IMG/VR virus record: IMGVR_UViG_3300025396_000072
Location: 1-24,558 of that record
DNA: 24,558 bases
Origin: a virus
Taxonomy: Duplodnaviria; Caudoviricetes
Reading direction: 5' to 3' (one strand)
In this document: positions 1 through 8,166 of the stretch, piece by piece
Layout: each line of letters opens with the position of its first letter
Numbering within the stretch: position 1 is the first letter of the stretch
The notes under the pieces: generated by a model
The model's database searches: none
What the model saw: only the letters and a program-made list of their open reading frames with translations
Told to the model about the DNA's origin: nothing
Position numbers and translations under genes: made by a program

Positions 1-129
1 CAGTTTGGCAAAGGCTTTAAGAAAATCACGCACTTCGCCGACAGTAATTTGGTCGCTGTAAATATCAACCCATGTTTTGCTGCCAACATGAGCCTGTTTT
101 GCCATCTCAATAATTTGTTCGTCAGTCAT
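1..129 (-). CDS. small phage hypothetical protein (partial, runs off window start)
   Basis: Read by hand: ATG at 129 overlapping the TGA of the upstream ORF (ATGA); MTDEQIIEMAKQAHVGSKTWVDIYSDQITVGEVRDFLKAFAKL..., typical of small early phage ORFs. Confidence 0.7.
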   Translation of the reverse strand, partial: MTDEQIIEMAKQAHVGSKTWVDIYSDQITVGEVRDFLKAFAKL

Positions 130-320
130 TCAACGACCCTCCCGCTGTAACGCAGAACCTTGGCTTCAAATGTCACTGGCTTCTCAGGTGGTGGCGGCGT
201 CATCGACTCGCTTGGTGGAACCCAGCCGTATTTGCGCCAAACAGCCTGCACGTCGCTGCCTGACTTCCACTTAAAGTCAACTGGGGGAAAACAAATTTTT
301 GAATAAGGTACGGTGTTCAT
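126..320 (-). CDS. phage hypothetical protein (64 aa)
   Basis: ORF track 126..404; start moved to ATG at 320 (MNTVPYSK...), which overlaps the stop of 317..646 as ATGA. Confidence 0.7.
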   Translation of the reverse strand: MNTVPYSKICFPPVDFKWKSGSDVQAVWRKYGWVPPSESMTPPPPEKPVTFEAKVLRYSGRVVE

Positions 321-646
321 AGTGTTGCTCTCATTTCTCCACGATTGTTTGCTTGCTCTGTTCTCCAAATGTCCACACGGGCCATCGCCGCGGTTAGGTT
401 CCACTTGAATGTCTCTTCAATCTCAACGGCCTCTTTCAAACCATTGAGCAGTTGCACATACTCTGGGTCAGCATAAGCCTCACGCTCTTGTGCCCCGATA
501 GCAGTCTCTAAACTTCGCTTCATCAGGATTGCCTTCAAGGACTTGCGATATTCCTCGATATGCACCCGGTTGGCTTTAGCCTGTGCGTAGTGTTTGCCGT
601 GTTCAATGATGTAGTCCACGGCCTTGTGTGGATCAGTCTCCCGCAT
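317..646 (-). CDS. helical phage protein, possibly UvsY-like recombination mediator
   Basis: 109 aa, predicted all-helical, 'EREAYADPEY' motif recalled from phage early proteins; coupled to neighbours; the UvsY-like assignment is tentative. Confidence 0.6.
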   Translation of the reverse strand: MRETDPHKAVDYIIEHGKHYAQAKANRVHIEEYRKSLKAILMKRSLETAIGAQEREAYADPEYVQLLNGLKEAVEIEETFKWNLTAAMARVDIWRTEQANNRGEMRATL

Positions 647-752
647 GATTCAACCCCATCCAAATAACAACCAAAGTCATACCGATACCGATCCAAGTCA
701 ACATGCCTGTCAGGATGAAGACCCACATCAAAATGTTAATCATCGCTTCCAT
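633..752 (-). CDS. small single-pass membrane protein (39 aa)
   Basis: Not in ORF track. AGGAGG RBS then MEAMINILMWVFILTGMLTWIGIGMTLVVIWMGLNHAGD*; fills the gap between 646 and 736; alternative start at 743. Confidence 0.65.
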   Translation of the reverse strand: MEAMINILMWVFILTGMLTWIGIGMTLVVIWMGLNHAGD

Positions 753-1299
753 CAGTCCTCCTTGGTTCTTGATACCAGTTGTAGTCGGTACGCATCATCT
801 CGTCATAGTCAAATTGTCTCGACAAGGCATCCTTGAATGTAGTGTCTTCATCTACCCAGCCAAACAATTCATCGTTGTAAACAATTGCGGCAGCCGGTAC
901 GCGCAAATGTCCTTTCAAAAACTCATAGCCCTTCGCAGTTACCCTCCAATCCCCACTCGTTTTAGTTTTCATACCAATTGCATTGCGCTCATGAATCGTC
1001 ATCTTGGGAGCCGGTTCAACAAAACCCCAGAACTTCATGGTGCTGAATGCTTTGCTTGCCAATATCCAAGCCGGAGCCTTCTTACCCATCTTCACCCAGC
1101 CACTATCTAAGGTCACCGTTCTGCTCATCCAAAGCAGTGCAGCCACCCTAGAACTGTTGAGCGTGTACTTGTTCAAACGCCCCATACGGTCGCAGCACGG
1201 GCACACCGAGCCGCCGTCTGGTAACGAGTCAAAGAACTTGTCTCGGGCCTCCTGAAGAGGGTTAAATTCGCCATCAAATAAATCTGGTTGCTTCATCAC
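736..1299 (-). CDS. phage hypothetical protein with CPCC motif, possible winged-helix DNA-binding protein
   Basis: 187 aa, AGGAG RBS, CPCC motif, 'GDWRVTAKGYEFL' wing-like segment. Confidence 0.7.
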   Translation of the reverse strand: MMKQPDLFDGEFNPLQEARDKFFDSLPDGGSVCPCCDRMGRLNKYTLNSSRVAALLWMSRTVTLDSGWVKMGKKAPAWILASKAFSTMKFWGFVEPAPKMTIHERNAIGMKTKTSGDWRVTAKGYEFLKGHLRVPAAAIVYNDELFGWVDEDTTFKDALSRQFDYDEMMRTDYNWYQEPRRTDGSDD

Positions 1300-1490
1300 T
1301 TTCTCCTTCCAATGGTTTTAAAAATTCGCTGTGTGATCATGGTCTTGTATCTTTCGTCGTATCGCTTCAATGTCGCTCTTACTTCGCTCCTTTCCCAGTT
1401 AATCGCTGATGACCAAGCAGTCCATAAGTCCAATCTGTCATCCGGCGGGAAGCCGTAATAAAGTTCAAACGCCTGCCTACTCGTCAACAT
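1296..1490 (-). CDS. phage hypothetical protein (64 aa)
   Basis: AGGAG RBS before ATG at 1490; overlaps both neighbours in the operon. Confidence 0.65.
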   Translation of the reverse strand: MLTSRQAFELYYGFPPDDRLDLWTAWSSAINWERSEVRATLKRYDERYKTMITQRIFKTIGRRK

Positions 1491-1653
1491 ACTTTCTCCT
1501 TTCTTCCATCATTGCTCTCGCCATCATGTAGGCATCCATTGCCGTCATGTCGCAATAGTCAATCCATGTTTCATCCTTGTCGCACGGGTTCGCTGTCAAT
1601 GCATGCATCGCAAACATCGCAAAAATATCAATCAACTCAGGTTCCTGCTGCAT
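1477..1653 (-). CDS. phage hypothetical protein (58 aa)
   Basis: AAGGA RBS before ATG at 1653; 'DIFAMFAMHAL...AYMMARAMMEER' resembles a common small phage family. Confidence 0.7.
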   Translation of the reverse strand: MQQEPELIDIFAMFAMHALTANPCDKDETWIDYCDMTAMDAYMMARAMMEERRKYVDE

Positions 1654-1990
1654 ATTCAATCCTTACTTTCAACATGCCACCCACTTCGTTGGCCCAAAAG
1701 ATTCGCAGGTCAACAATCTGTGAGTCGTCGTTGTAAACACCTGCATGAGTTAATCCATCCAGCGTTGCCTTGAGCAAGTTGTCAAGGTCACGCTTACGCT
1801 TGTCTGGCCGGTAAGCCTCGATCACCACAATCAGCGGGCCAGTGAAGTGACAGACCGCCTTCTGGAGAATGATCTGCTCACCCACCGCCTCACGGTACGC
1901 ACGGCCCTCCTGAGAGATGATCATGCGACCCTGAAAGGTGCGCCAATAACGATTGACCGATGGTGGCCAAGGTAGGGTGAATTGAATCAT
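1637..1990 (-). CDS. rusA: RusA-family Holliday junction resolvase
   Basis: 'LPWPPSVN.YWR' N-terminus; 'RPDKRKRDLDNLLKATLDGL' and 'DDSQI' carry the RusA catalytic Asp/Lys motifs. Confidence 0.93.
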   Translation of the reverse strand: MIQFTLPWPPSVNRYWRTFQGRMIISQEGRAYREAVGEQIILQKAVCHFTGPLIVVIEAYRPDKRKRDLDNLLKATLDGLTHAGVYNDDSQIVDLRIFWANEVGGMLKVRIEYAAGT

Positions 1991-2241
1991 TGCATTTGGC
2001 TCGGGATACGGTTTCGGATGGCCTCAGAGAGTTCCTCTTGGCTCCATTCAAGGGCGATGTCAGCACAAGCGTTGCGCTCGATAAATATCGCCTGCTTGGT
2101 TGTCTGCACGGCAACGTGCATGATCTCGGCCTTTGCCAAAGCAAGCGCCTCATCAAACTCCTGCTGGGTGAAAAACTTCACCGCGCCGGCGTTACCTAAT
2201 AACTGTCTAGCCAAAGGGCTAAGTTCTGCGTCTTTACTCAT
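1987..2241 (-). CDS. phage hypothetical protein (84 aa)
   Basis: GGAGAG RBS before ATG at 2241; 'ERNACADIA' motif common in small phage proteins; ATGA overlap with rusA. Confidence 0.7.
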   Translation of the reverse strand: MSKDAELSPLARQLLGNAGAVKFFTQQEFDEALALAKAEIMHVAVQTTKQAIFIERNACADIALEWSQEELSEAIRNRIPSQMQ

Positions 2242-2468
2242 TACTCTCTCCAATCGTTAAATTCACCACGGTTGCCTTTGTTCCACTGATCGACGACGTC
2301 CTTGAGAAGAGTGGACTCGGGGTGCATGTCAACCCACCCTTTGACCCAGCCACGCTCTCCTTCATACCCTTTGAGCCATCGCCATGCGTGGGCACGGTCT
2401 CTGATTCGCATTCGGATGACTTCCCGAACAAGGCACTGATGTCGGAAAAGTTCTTCACTTTCATTCAA
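2241..2468 (-). CDS. phage hypothetical protein (75 aa)
   Basis: ATGA overlap with the helicase stop; 'RHQCLVR...DQWNKGNRG' pattern. Confidence 0.7.
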   Translation of the reverse strand: MNESEELFRHQCLVREVIRMRIRDRAHAWRWLKGYEGERGWVKGWVDMHPESTLLKDVVDQWNKGNRGEFNDWRE

Positions 2469-3415
2469 AATCTTCCTTTCATATCAAATGACATAACCAC
2501 TTTCTCTTTGGAGTCCACGAACTGCTGACTGTTGTTGTCGTACCAAAGTTGATACCAACTCTCAGACTCCCCGTTACGCTGCTTCTCACACATCAACATC
2601 GCGTCGGGTGTCTTTTCATCGACAGCCTTTCCGTTATGTTGGTCATGCTCCTTCTTCTTGTTTCTCCACATCAAGAACACGTTGTCCACTTGGTCAGCGA
2701 TAGCACCAGTGCCCTTCACGTCGTTCTTGTTCGGCATCAACTCCTCATTTGCCAACTTACGGATGTGGTGGATCAAATGGATGTGAATGTCGTTGTCACG
2801 AGCCAGACTGGTCAGGTGATCCACAAAGTGCTTCTGGGCGTTGTAGTCATCCTCACCGGGTACACACTTCATCAGCGAGTCAATGAAGATGTGCTTGATG
2901 CCCAACTCAACCGCGCAGTAACGTGACATTGCAATCACCATGTTCATGTCCACGGTTCCTTGTTGGTCGTACAACCACAGATGATCTTTTGTGAAGATAT
3001 GGAATCGATCGGTCAACCGTTTAAAAAACTCAACCTTGTTTGCATACATCGGCCGTTCAATATTCTCACCAGCAAACTGGCGCATCATCCGATACAGGGT
3101 TCGCTTAGGCTTCATCTCAAACGAGGCGATGCAGATCTTTTGCTTTTGACGTATCAAACCCAATGCCACTTGGCCAGTGATCAATGACTTGCCGCCACCA
3201 TTCGAGCCGGCATAGAGGGTGACCTCACCGGGGCGAAAGTTAAACGTGGATTCAGTCTTAGACCAAGGCAAGGTGCAGACAACCTCTTTCGGTGGCTTGA
3301 TAACCTCTTGCACGATCTCGTCCAACCACTCTTTTGGTGGCCGAACCTTTTGCTTATGCTCGGTGACCTCAAGGTAAAAGTTGAAGTCGATGTCGTCTTC
3401 AGTGATTGTGTTCAT
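2465..3415 (-). CDS. SF4 (DnaB/T7 gp4-like) replicative helicase, without primase domain
   Basis: Walker A GSNGGGKS, 'SFEM', Walker B 'IFIDSL', 'HHIRK', 'KGTGAIADQVD', arginine finger 'KQRNG'. Confidence 0.92.
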   Translation of the reverse strand: MNTITEDDIDFNFYLEVTEHKQKVRPPKEWLDEIVQEVIKPPKEVVCTLPWSKTESTFNFRPGEVTLYAGSNGGGKSLITGQVALGLIRQKQKICIASFEMKPKRTLYRMMRQFAGENIERPMYANKVEFFKRLTDRFHIFTKDHLWLYDQQGTVDMNMVIAMSRYCAVELGIKHIFIDSLMKCVPGEDDYNAQKHFVDHLTSLARDNDIHIHLIHHIRKLANEELMPNKNDVKGTGAIADQVDNVFLMWRNKKKEHDQHNGKAVDEKTPDAMLMCEKQRNGESESWYQLWYDNNSQQFVDSKEKVVMSFDMKGRF

Positions 3416-3734
3416 CAAACTTTCCTAGTGAGTCAATGATGGTGTCCCCAATGGTGGCCACTACCCAACTGGCCTTGGCGCGCTTAAACGCCTCATACGC
3501 CTTTTCCATACGCTCGGTGGCATCTGTACCATGAATCATCACAATCAGGCCCACAGACCACCGCAAATCGAGGCTATCGATGTTTTCGTTGGGCAGGATG
3601 TCTACTTCTGGGCCGGTGTTATGCAAATGCCAGTCTTTGGCAGAACTATGCAAAGGCTTGCCAACCCAAACATGGACGGCGGCCGGCTTCTTGCGATTCA
3701 TACGCATGGAGATGATGGGTTCATGGCCAATCAC
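3399..3734 (-). CDS. hypothetical protein between initiator and helicase (possible helicase accessory factor)
   Basis: 111 aa, GTGA overlap with the initiator stop, alpha/beta pattern; function inferred only from position. Confidence 0.65.
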   Translation of the reverse strand: MIGHEPIISMRMNRKKPAAVHVWVGKPLHSSAKDWHLHNTGPEVDILPNENIDSLDLRWSVGLIVMIHGTDATERMEKAYEAFKRAKASWVVATIGDTIIDSLGKFDEHNH

Positions 3735-4390
3735 ACAACTCTCCGGTTGAAATGGGGGGCGGCGACCTCTTGGTCTTCCCAGCGGCGCTGGTTGAGATAG
3801 GTAAGGGGCGCTGGGTCAAAACCTGATGTCCACTGTTCTGTGCTTCTCAGAGTCTCCACATGGGCAATGATCTGGTCGGCCACGGCGTCCAACTTGTTCT
3901 TGTCCCACTTTGCTTTACAGGTCACCTTTGCGACCTTCCTCTTGCTGGATGGCCATACTGACCAGAACTCGTCGAATCTCGACGATATATTCTTATTCTG
4001 TATCTGTATCTTCTTAGGGTTATGGTTCGGTTCCGATTCGGTTTCCACTTCGGTTTCTAACTTGATAACATTGGATGCCTTCTTTGGACGGCCGCCGCGC
4101 TTGCCGAGTTCACGGTTGGTTGCAACCTGAGCCTGATACTTCGCAATCTCTGCATCGCAACGGCTGTTGTGATAGCCATCTTCCTCTTTGTCAAAGAATT
4201 CCTTTAAAACCGTTTCGGTTATGTCTTGGTCAAGCCTAATCTTCCTTGAAACCAATTCGGTATCTAAGGGGATAGGTTCCTCGTTCATGTAATACATGTC
4301 GAGTAAGCGACGGTACGCAAGATCCTCTGCATCCGCTAAGTGCAGGGTGTGTGTGATGTAGTCTCCGAGGTGAAATTTGTACCAAATCAC
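3731..4390 (-). CDS. DUF1376/YdaU-family phage replication initiator
   Basis: 'WYKFHLGDY...AYRRLLDMYY...HNSRCD.EI...GKRGGRP' N-domain; C-domain 'FDEFWSVWP...P.TYLNQRRWED'; lies directly after the Cro-like gene. Confidence 0.88.
   Translation of the reverse strand: MIWYKFHLGDYITHTLHLADAEDLAYRRLLDMYYMNEEPIPLDTELVSRKIRLDQDITETVLKEFFDKEEDGYHNSRCDAEIAKYQAQVATNRELGKRGGRPKKASNVIKLETEVETESEPNHNPKKIQIQNKNISSRFDEFWSVWPSSKRKVAKVTCKAKWDKNKLDAVADQIIAHVETLRSTEQWTSGFDPAPLTYLNQRRWEDQEVAAPHFNRRVV
3984..4060. other. putative replication origin (iterons plus AT-rich tract) inside the initiator gene
   Basis: TTCGGTT at 4026, 4037 and 4049 next to a strand-asymmetric AT-rich tract at 3984-4015. Confidence 0.55.
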
Positions 4391-4596
4391 TTAGTTCTCC
4401 CAAAAATGTCAGGTCGAAGATTGAACCGGCTAACCGCTGCGTCGGTGTACTTCTCAATGCGGACACACAGTTCTGGGCTTGCCTTGTGTGTGCCTGCGAT
4501 GAGGAGTGACAACCACGTCTTCGATATACCGAGCGCTCGGGCCATAGCGATCTTCGTCCCCCTTGGTTTGCCCTCAAAATACTTCTCAAGTTGCAT
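4387..4596 (-). CDS. Cro/YdaS-like helix-turn-helix regulator
   Basis: 'KIAMARALGISKTWLS' HTH and C-terminal 'LRPDIF' motif; first gene of the leftward operon. Confidence 0.88.
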   Translation of the reverse strand: MQLEKYFEGKPRGTKIAMARALGISKTWLSLLIAGTHKASPELCVRIEKYTDAAVSRFNLRPDIFGRTK

Positions 4597-4621
4597 CAAT
4601 CATACCCCTTTGTTTAAATAG

Positions 4622-4649
4622 ATGTTACACGAAATAAAATTATTTTCAA
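4622..4649 (-). promoter_or_regulatory. leftward sigma70-like promoter
   Basis: Minus strand TTGAAA (4649-4644), 16 nt, TAACAT (4627-4622), upstream of the Cro-like gene. Confidence 0.5.
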
Positions 4650-4654
4650 GCACA

Positions 4655-4683
4655 TTGTAAAATAAAATTAAACATGCTAGGAT
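4655..4683 (+). promoter_or_regulatory. rightward sigma70-like promoter with extended -10
   Basis: TTGTAA (4655-4660), 17 nt, TAGGAT (4678-4683) preceded by TG-n. Confidence 0.6.
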
Positions 4684-4711
4684 TTAGGCTCGTTTAACCC
4701 GAAAGCGAACT

Positions 4712-4852
4712 ATGACAGACGACAACGAAATTTACGAAATGTTGCGAGAGCAAGAGAAGATGCTTGAGGAGGCCCTTGACCGGGCTGAATCTGGTGTAGC
4801 GACCGAGGATGATTGGAAGATCATCCGTTCTGCCTGTGGTCTAGGCGTTTAA
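4712..4852 (+). CDS. small acidic early protein (46 aa)
   Basis: Not in ORF track. MTDDNEIYEMLREQEKMLEEALDRAESGVATEDDWKIIRSACGLGV*; fills the space between promoter and SSB-like gene. Confidence 0.7.
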   Translation: MTDDNEIYEMLREQEKMLEEALDRAESGVATEDDWKIIRSACGLGV

Positions 4853-4868
4853 CTTTTAGGAGCGAATT

Positions 4869-5522
4869 ATGGGATTAGTAGCGAAAGAAACCGGCGGTAC
4901 AAACTTTGTGCCAGTGCCAGTAGGAATGCACCTTGCACGGTGCTACCGAGTTATCGACTTGGGTACTCAGAAGACCACTTGGCAAGGCGCTGAAAAGCAT
5001 TTGCCCAAAGTGATGCTTCAGTTCGAGGTACACGGCAACGACGACTCTGGTAAGCCAATCGTCACCAACAAGGGTGAGCCGATGACCATCAGTAAAAACT
5101 ACACCAACTCTCTTGGTGAAAAAGCAACACTCCGACAAGATCTTAAGTCTTGGCGCGGTCGTGACTTCACACCATTGGAACGTGAAGGCTTTGAACTCAA
5201 GAACGTTTTGGGTATCTGGGCCATGATCACCGTGGCCACCTCGACTGGCCAAGACGGCAAGGAATACACCAACATTGCCAACATCAACCCAGTGCCTAGC
5301 ATCATGAAGCAAGCAGGTCTTCCTGAAGGCTTTAACAAGACGGGTGTGTTCTGGATTGAGCAGCCTGACATGGAGATGTTTGAGACCTTCAGCGATAACC
5401 TCAAGAAGAAGATTCAAGCCGCTCCAGAGTGGAAAGACGCTTATAACACCATCTACCAAAAAGAGCAGATCGCTGGAGCCAATTCGGGCTTTGACGATAT
5501 GGCAGACGACATGCCCTTCTGA
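4869..5522 (+). CDS. putative ssDNA-binding/replication protein (SSB-like acidic tail)
   Basis: AGGAG RBS; beta-rich core 'ARCYRVIDLGTQ...SLGEKATLR.DL.SWRG'; C-terminus 'DDMADDMPF' like SSB tails; adjacent to exonuclease. Confidence 0.75.
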   Translation: MGLVAKETGGTNFVPVPVGMHLARCYRVIDLGTQKTTWQGAEKHLPKVMLQFEVHGNDDSGKPIVTNKGEPMTISKNYTNSLGEKATLRQDLKSWRGRDFTPLEREGFELKNVLGIWAMITVATSTGQDGKEYTNIANINPVPSIMKQAGLPEGFNKTGVFWIEQPDMEMFETFSDNLKKKIQAAPEWKDAYNTIYQKEQIAGANSGFDDMADDMPF

Positions 5523-5530
5523 GGTAAACC

Positions 5531-6298
5531 ATGACAATCATTGCAAAAGAACTACGCGCCAGCGAATCCAATCACTGGTACACACGCGATGGGCAACCTC
5601 AGTACACTGTGCCCTCAAAGAAGGACGGCTCCCCTCGGAATGCCACCCTTCGTGATGCACGGGAATTGAACCTTGTCCCATCGGTCACCACGATCCTCAA
5701 CATTACGGCTAAACCGGCCCTGACTCTCTGGTTACAAAAGCAAGTGTTGCTGGCCGCCCTGACGCTGCCGCGCCGCACTGAGGAACCAGAAGAGGACTAC
5801 ATCGACCGGATCATCAAGGATGCAAAGGAAGAGGGCAAACGCGCTGCGGATGCCGGTACAGACATCCACGCGGCCATACAATCCTTCTATGAGGATGGCC
5901 ATACCCAACAACATCAAAAGACTGTGCAAGCGGTTCATGAGGCTTTGCAGGAACACTTCAAGCGCCGCGAGTGGAAGTGCGAGAAGTCCTTCGCTCACGA
6001 TCTCGGTTTTGGTGGCAAGTGCGACCTCTATACCCCCGCGGGTGTGGTGGTTGACATCAAGACCAAAGAATTCACAGATCCGACTAAGGTTGACGCTTAC
6101 GACGAGCATTTAATGCAACTCGCAGCCTACCGTGTTGGACTGGGAATCCCCGACGCCCGGTGTGCAAACATCTTTGTTTCGCGCAATGTCCCCGGTTTAG
6201 TTCGGATCATCGAGTGGACACAAGATGACCTCAACCGAGGTTTCGACATGTTCATGCATCTTTTACGTTACTGGCAACTGAAGAACAACCATGTTTAA
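5531..6298 (+). CDS. PD-(D/E)xK exonuclease (Cas4/RecB-like recombination nuclease)
   Basis: 'PSVTTIL', 'GTDIH', 'E...GKCD...VDIKT', 'QLAAY' motifs; GAGG RBS. Confidence 0.88.
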   Translation: MTIIAKELRASESNHWYTRDGQPQYTVPSKKDGSPRNATLRDARELNLVPSVTTILNITAKPALTLWLQKQVLLAALTLPRRTEEPEEDYIDRIIKDAKEEGKRAADAGTDIHAAIQSFYEDGHTQQHQKTVQAVHEALQEHFKRREWKCEKSFAHDLGFGGKCDLYTPAGVVVDIKTKEFTDPTKVDAYDEHLMQLAAYRVGLGIPDARCANIFVSRNVPGLVRIIEWTQDDLNRGFDMFMHLLRYWQLKNNHV

Positions 6299-6452
6299 AT
6301 TCACCGAAGAAGAAGCGAAAAAAATCTATTTCCAAACCGATGAGAAGCGCCCCGGCGCTCTCCTTGCCCAAGAAGTAGACATCCTTGACTTTGCTAACAA
6401 GGTCTTGGAATACGTCGCTGAGAAATACGGCGTCGAGTTCGTTCAAGAGTAA
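6291..6452 (+). CDS. small hypothetical protein (53 aa)
   Basis: Not in ORF track. MFKFTEEEAKKIYFQTDEKRPGALLAQEVDILDFANKVLEYVAEKYGVEFVQE*; overlaps the nuclease stop and ends at the terminator. Confidence 0.65.
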   Translation: MFKFTEEEAKKIYFQTDEKRPGALLAQEVDILDFANKVLEYVAEKYGVEFVQE

Positions 6453-6476
6453 AAAAAGCCCCCAGTTACGGGGGCT
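6451..6476 (-). terminator. intrinsic terminator of the late operon at the convergence point
   Basis: Minus strand AGCCCCC-GTAACT-GGGGGCT stem-loop running into a T tract. Confidence 0.85.
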
Positions 6477-6504
6477 AATCGTGGCAACTGCGAATTGCAC
6501 GAAA

Positions 6505-8166
6505 TCAAGGGTTTGGTTGGGCGGCTTGTAGACCAGCAGCCCTTGAAAGTTCAGCGGAGGCTCTCGGTTGCAGAGCCTTCATCCAATCTGGGCGCTCGGT
6601 AGCCAATTTAGTCAAGGCTCCCAAAACAGGCTTATTGTAGATCGCACCGGCTGTCAGTGTAGGAACGGCCACAGCGTGTAGCGCGCCGGGGATACCGGCC
6701 AACCCAGCGCCACCCAAACCAAGAAGGCTCATAACGCCTGTACGCTCGGCTGTACCACTGCTTGGCAGGTTACGACCCAAGACATCCAACGCAGCCTGAG
6801 ATTCGTCATACAAAGGAGCCTGACCCTGCAAGAAGGCGTTTTTGCCGCCCTTTGCTTTGATGCCTGACTCCAACTGACCCGGCGTGAAGACTCGGCCCTC
6901 AGCCCCCAGCATAGAGGCTGCCTGCTCGATAGGCAAGTGACGGCGGAAAGCCAAGTGAATGCCTTTGAGTTCTTCGGCCAGTTTAGGGTTTTGAATGGCC
7001 AACTCTTTACGCAACTCGCCTTGTAGGTCACGAAGAGCCACACCAACATCATAAGTCTGAGGGTTCTTCAGATAGTTGTAGGCAGTAGCGCCGAGGTTCT
7101 TCTCAGCGTTGCGGAACTCTTCGCCGGTCATTGACTTGCCCTGAGCCATGTTGGTCAGAGGGTCGAGGATGTGCTTATCGAATTCCTTCTTGACCATGCC
7201 AGCAAGGTCGTAACCGGGGGCAGAGGGCAACCCTTGAGTCACGTCAGCCAGTTTGTCATTCAGCACCTTCACCGTGCTTGTGAATCCGCTTGGGTTCGTT
7301 GGGTCTTTATAGACCATGTTGCCCAAACTCAACTTAGGCGTGATGGTGTCATAAGCGTTTGCAATCGCATCATTCATGACCTTCATCATGTCTTCGCCGG
7401 CCTTAACACCCTTACCCAGTTGTTGACCCATAGGAGCCAGCACACGGTTGACCATCGCGCGGTTGAAGTCCTCGTTGACGCCCCTGAAGGCGTTCTGGAT
7501 CATGCTACCGGCCACCGGCAGGCTAGTCATGGCCTTCTCGGCTTTCTGGATGCCTTCGCCGATAAAAGGAACGTCGCTCAATAACTGGCCCGGAGTGAAC
7601 CGAGTCATGCCCAAATCCTTCAATTTTTGAACCGAAGCGGAAACGATTGGGTTAAGAATCGCTTGTCCGGCCTTGCCTAAAACAGCGCCAGCACCAGCAC
7701 CTTCAGCCGTTTGGATAGCCTTGTTTTTGAGGAAATCACCATATCCCTCTTCTGTACCCTCAGTCGGGGTCAGGGCTGCCGCCTTAGCGCCTTGGAGTGC
7801 CATTCCACCCAGAGTACCAACAGCCTTGGCCTTACCCAAAGGAATTGGGTTTGCGATCTGGCCAGCGATGTCTGCCACGGTTCCCGGAGTACCAGCGCCG
7901 AGGTACTGCAAAGCCTCTTTGGCCTCGTTAAGTTTCTTGGCAGGGGTATTGATACCAAAATACTGAAGCGCCCCAGCCATAGGGGTTGCAAGGCCAAGAA
8001 TACCGCTCTCAGCAACATTAAGAGCCTTTTCACCCATTGAGGGCTTGTAAGGCTCACCCATGTGGATAACTTCATGTTCTGGCGGAGTATAGGGAACCGC
8101 CCCCTCGGGTGGTGGAGGGAGCGAATCAACTGGAACCGCGCCGGCAGGGGGTGGTGGCAAACTCAT
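6505..8166 (-). CDS. internal virion / DNA ejection protein (553 aa)
   Basis: Start moved to ATG at 8166 (ATGA overlap). Gly/Ala-rich helical protein with hydrophobic C-terminal segment; last gene of the structural operon, the position of podovirus ejection proteins. Confidence 0.65.
   Translation of the reverse strand: MSLPPPPAGAVPVDSLPPPPEGAVPYTPPEHEVIHMGEPYKPSMGEKALNVAESGILGLATPMAGALQYFGINTPAKKLNEAKEALQYLGAGTPGTVADIAGQIANPIPLGKAKAVGTLGGMALQGAKAAALTPTEGTEEGYGDFLKNKAIQTAEGAGAGAVLGKAGQAILNPIVSASVQKLKDLGMTRFTPGQLLSDVPFIGEGIQKAEKAMTSLPVAGSMIQNAFRGVNEDFNRAMVNRVLAPMGQQLGKGVKAGEDMMKVMNDAIANAYDTITPKLSLGNMVYKDPTNPSGFTSTVKVLNDKLADVTQGLPSAPGYDLAGMVKKEFDKHILDPLTNMAQGKSMTGEEFRNAEKNLGATAYNYLKNPQTYDVGVALRDLQGELRKELAIQNPKLAEELKGIHLAFRRHLPIEQAASMLGAEGRVFTPGQLESGIKAKGGKNAFLQGQAPLYDESQAALDVLGRNLPSSGTAERTGVMSLLGLGGAGLAGIPGALHAVAVPTLTAGAIYNKPVLGALTKLATERPDWMKALQPRASAELSRAAGLQAAQPNP

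Noticed and set aside
4875-5537. 220-aa antisense ORF, and many other opposite-strand or alternative-frame ORFs in the track
   Set aside because: They shadow well-supported genes, lack RBS or recognisable motifs, and are expected from codon bias. Only the Rz1 nested ORF has independent support.
5531-6298. Cas4-like nuclease as evidence of a CRISPR system
   Set aside because: No repeat-spacer array or other cas genes were seen, and no four-Cys Fe-S pattern is evident. The context (SSB-like neighbour) fits phage recombination.
6505-8166. KAKGG and the twice-occurring FTPGQL in the last ejection protein
   Set aside because: A single GG motif inside a probably folded region may be chance, and the six-residue repeat has no extended similarity that I can see.
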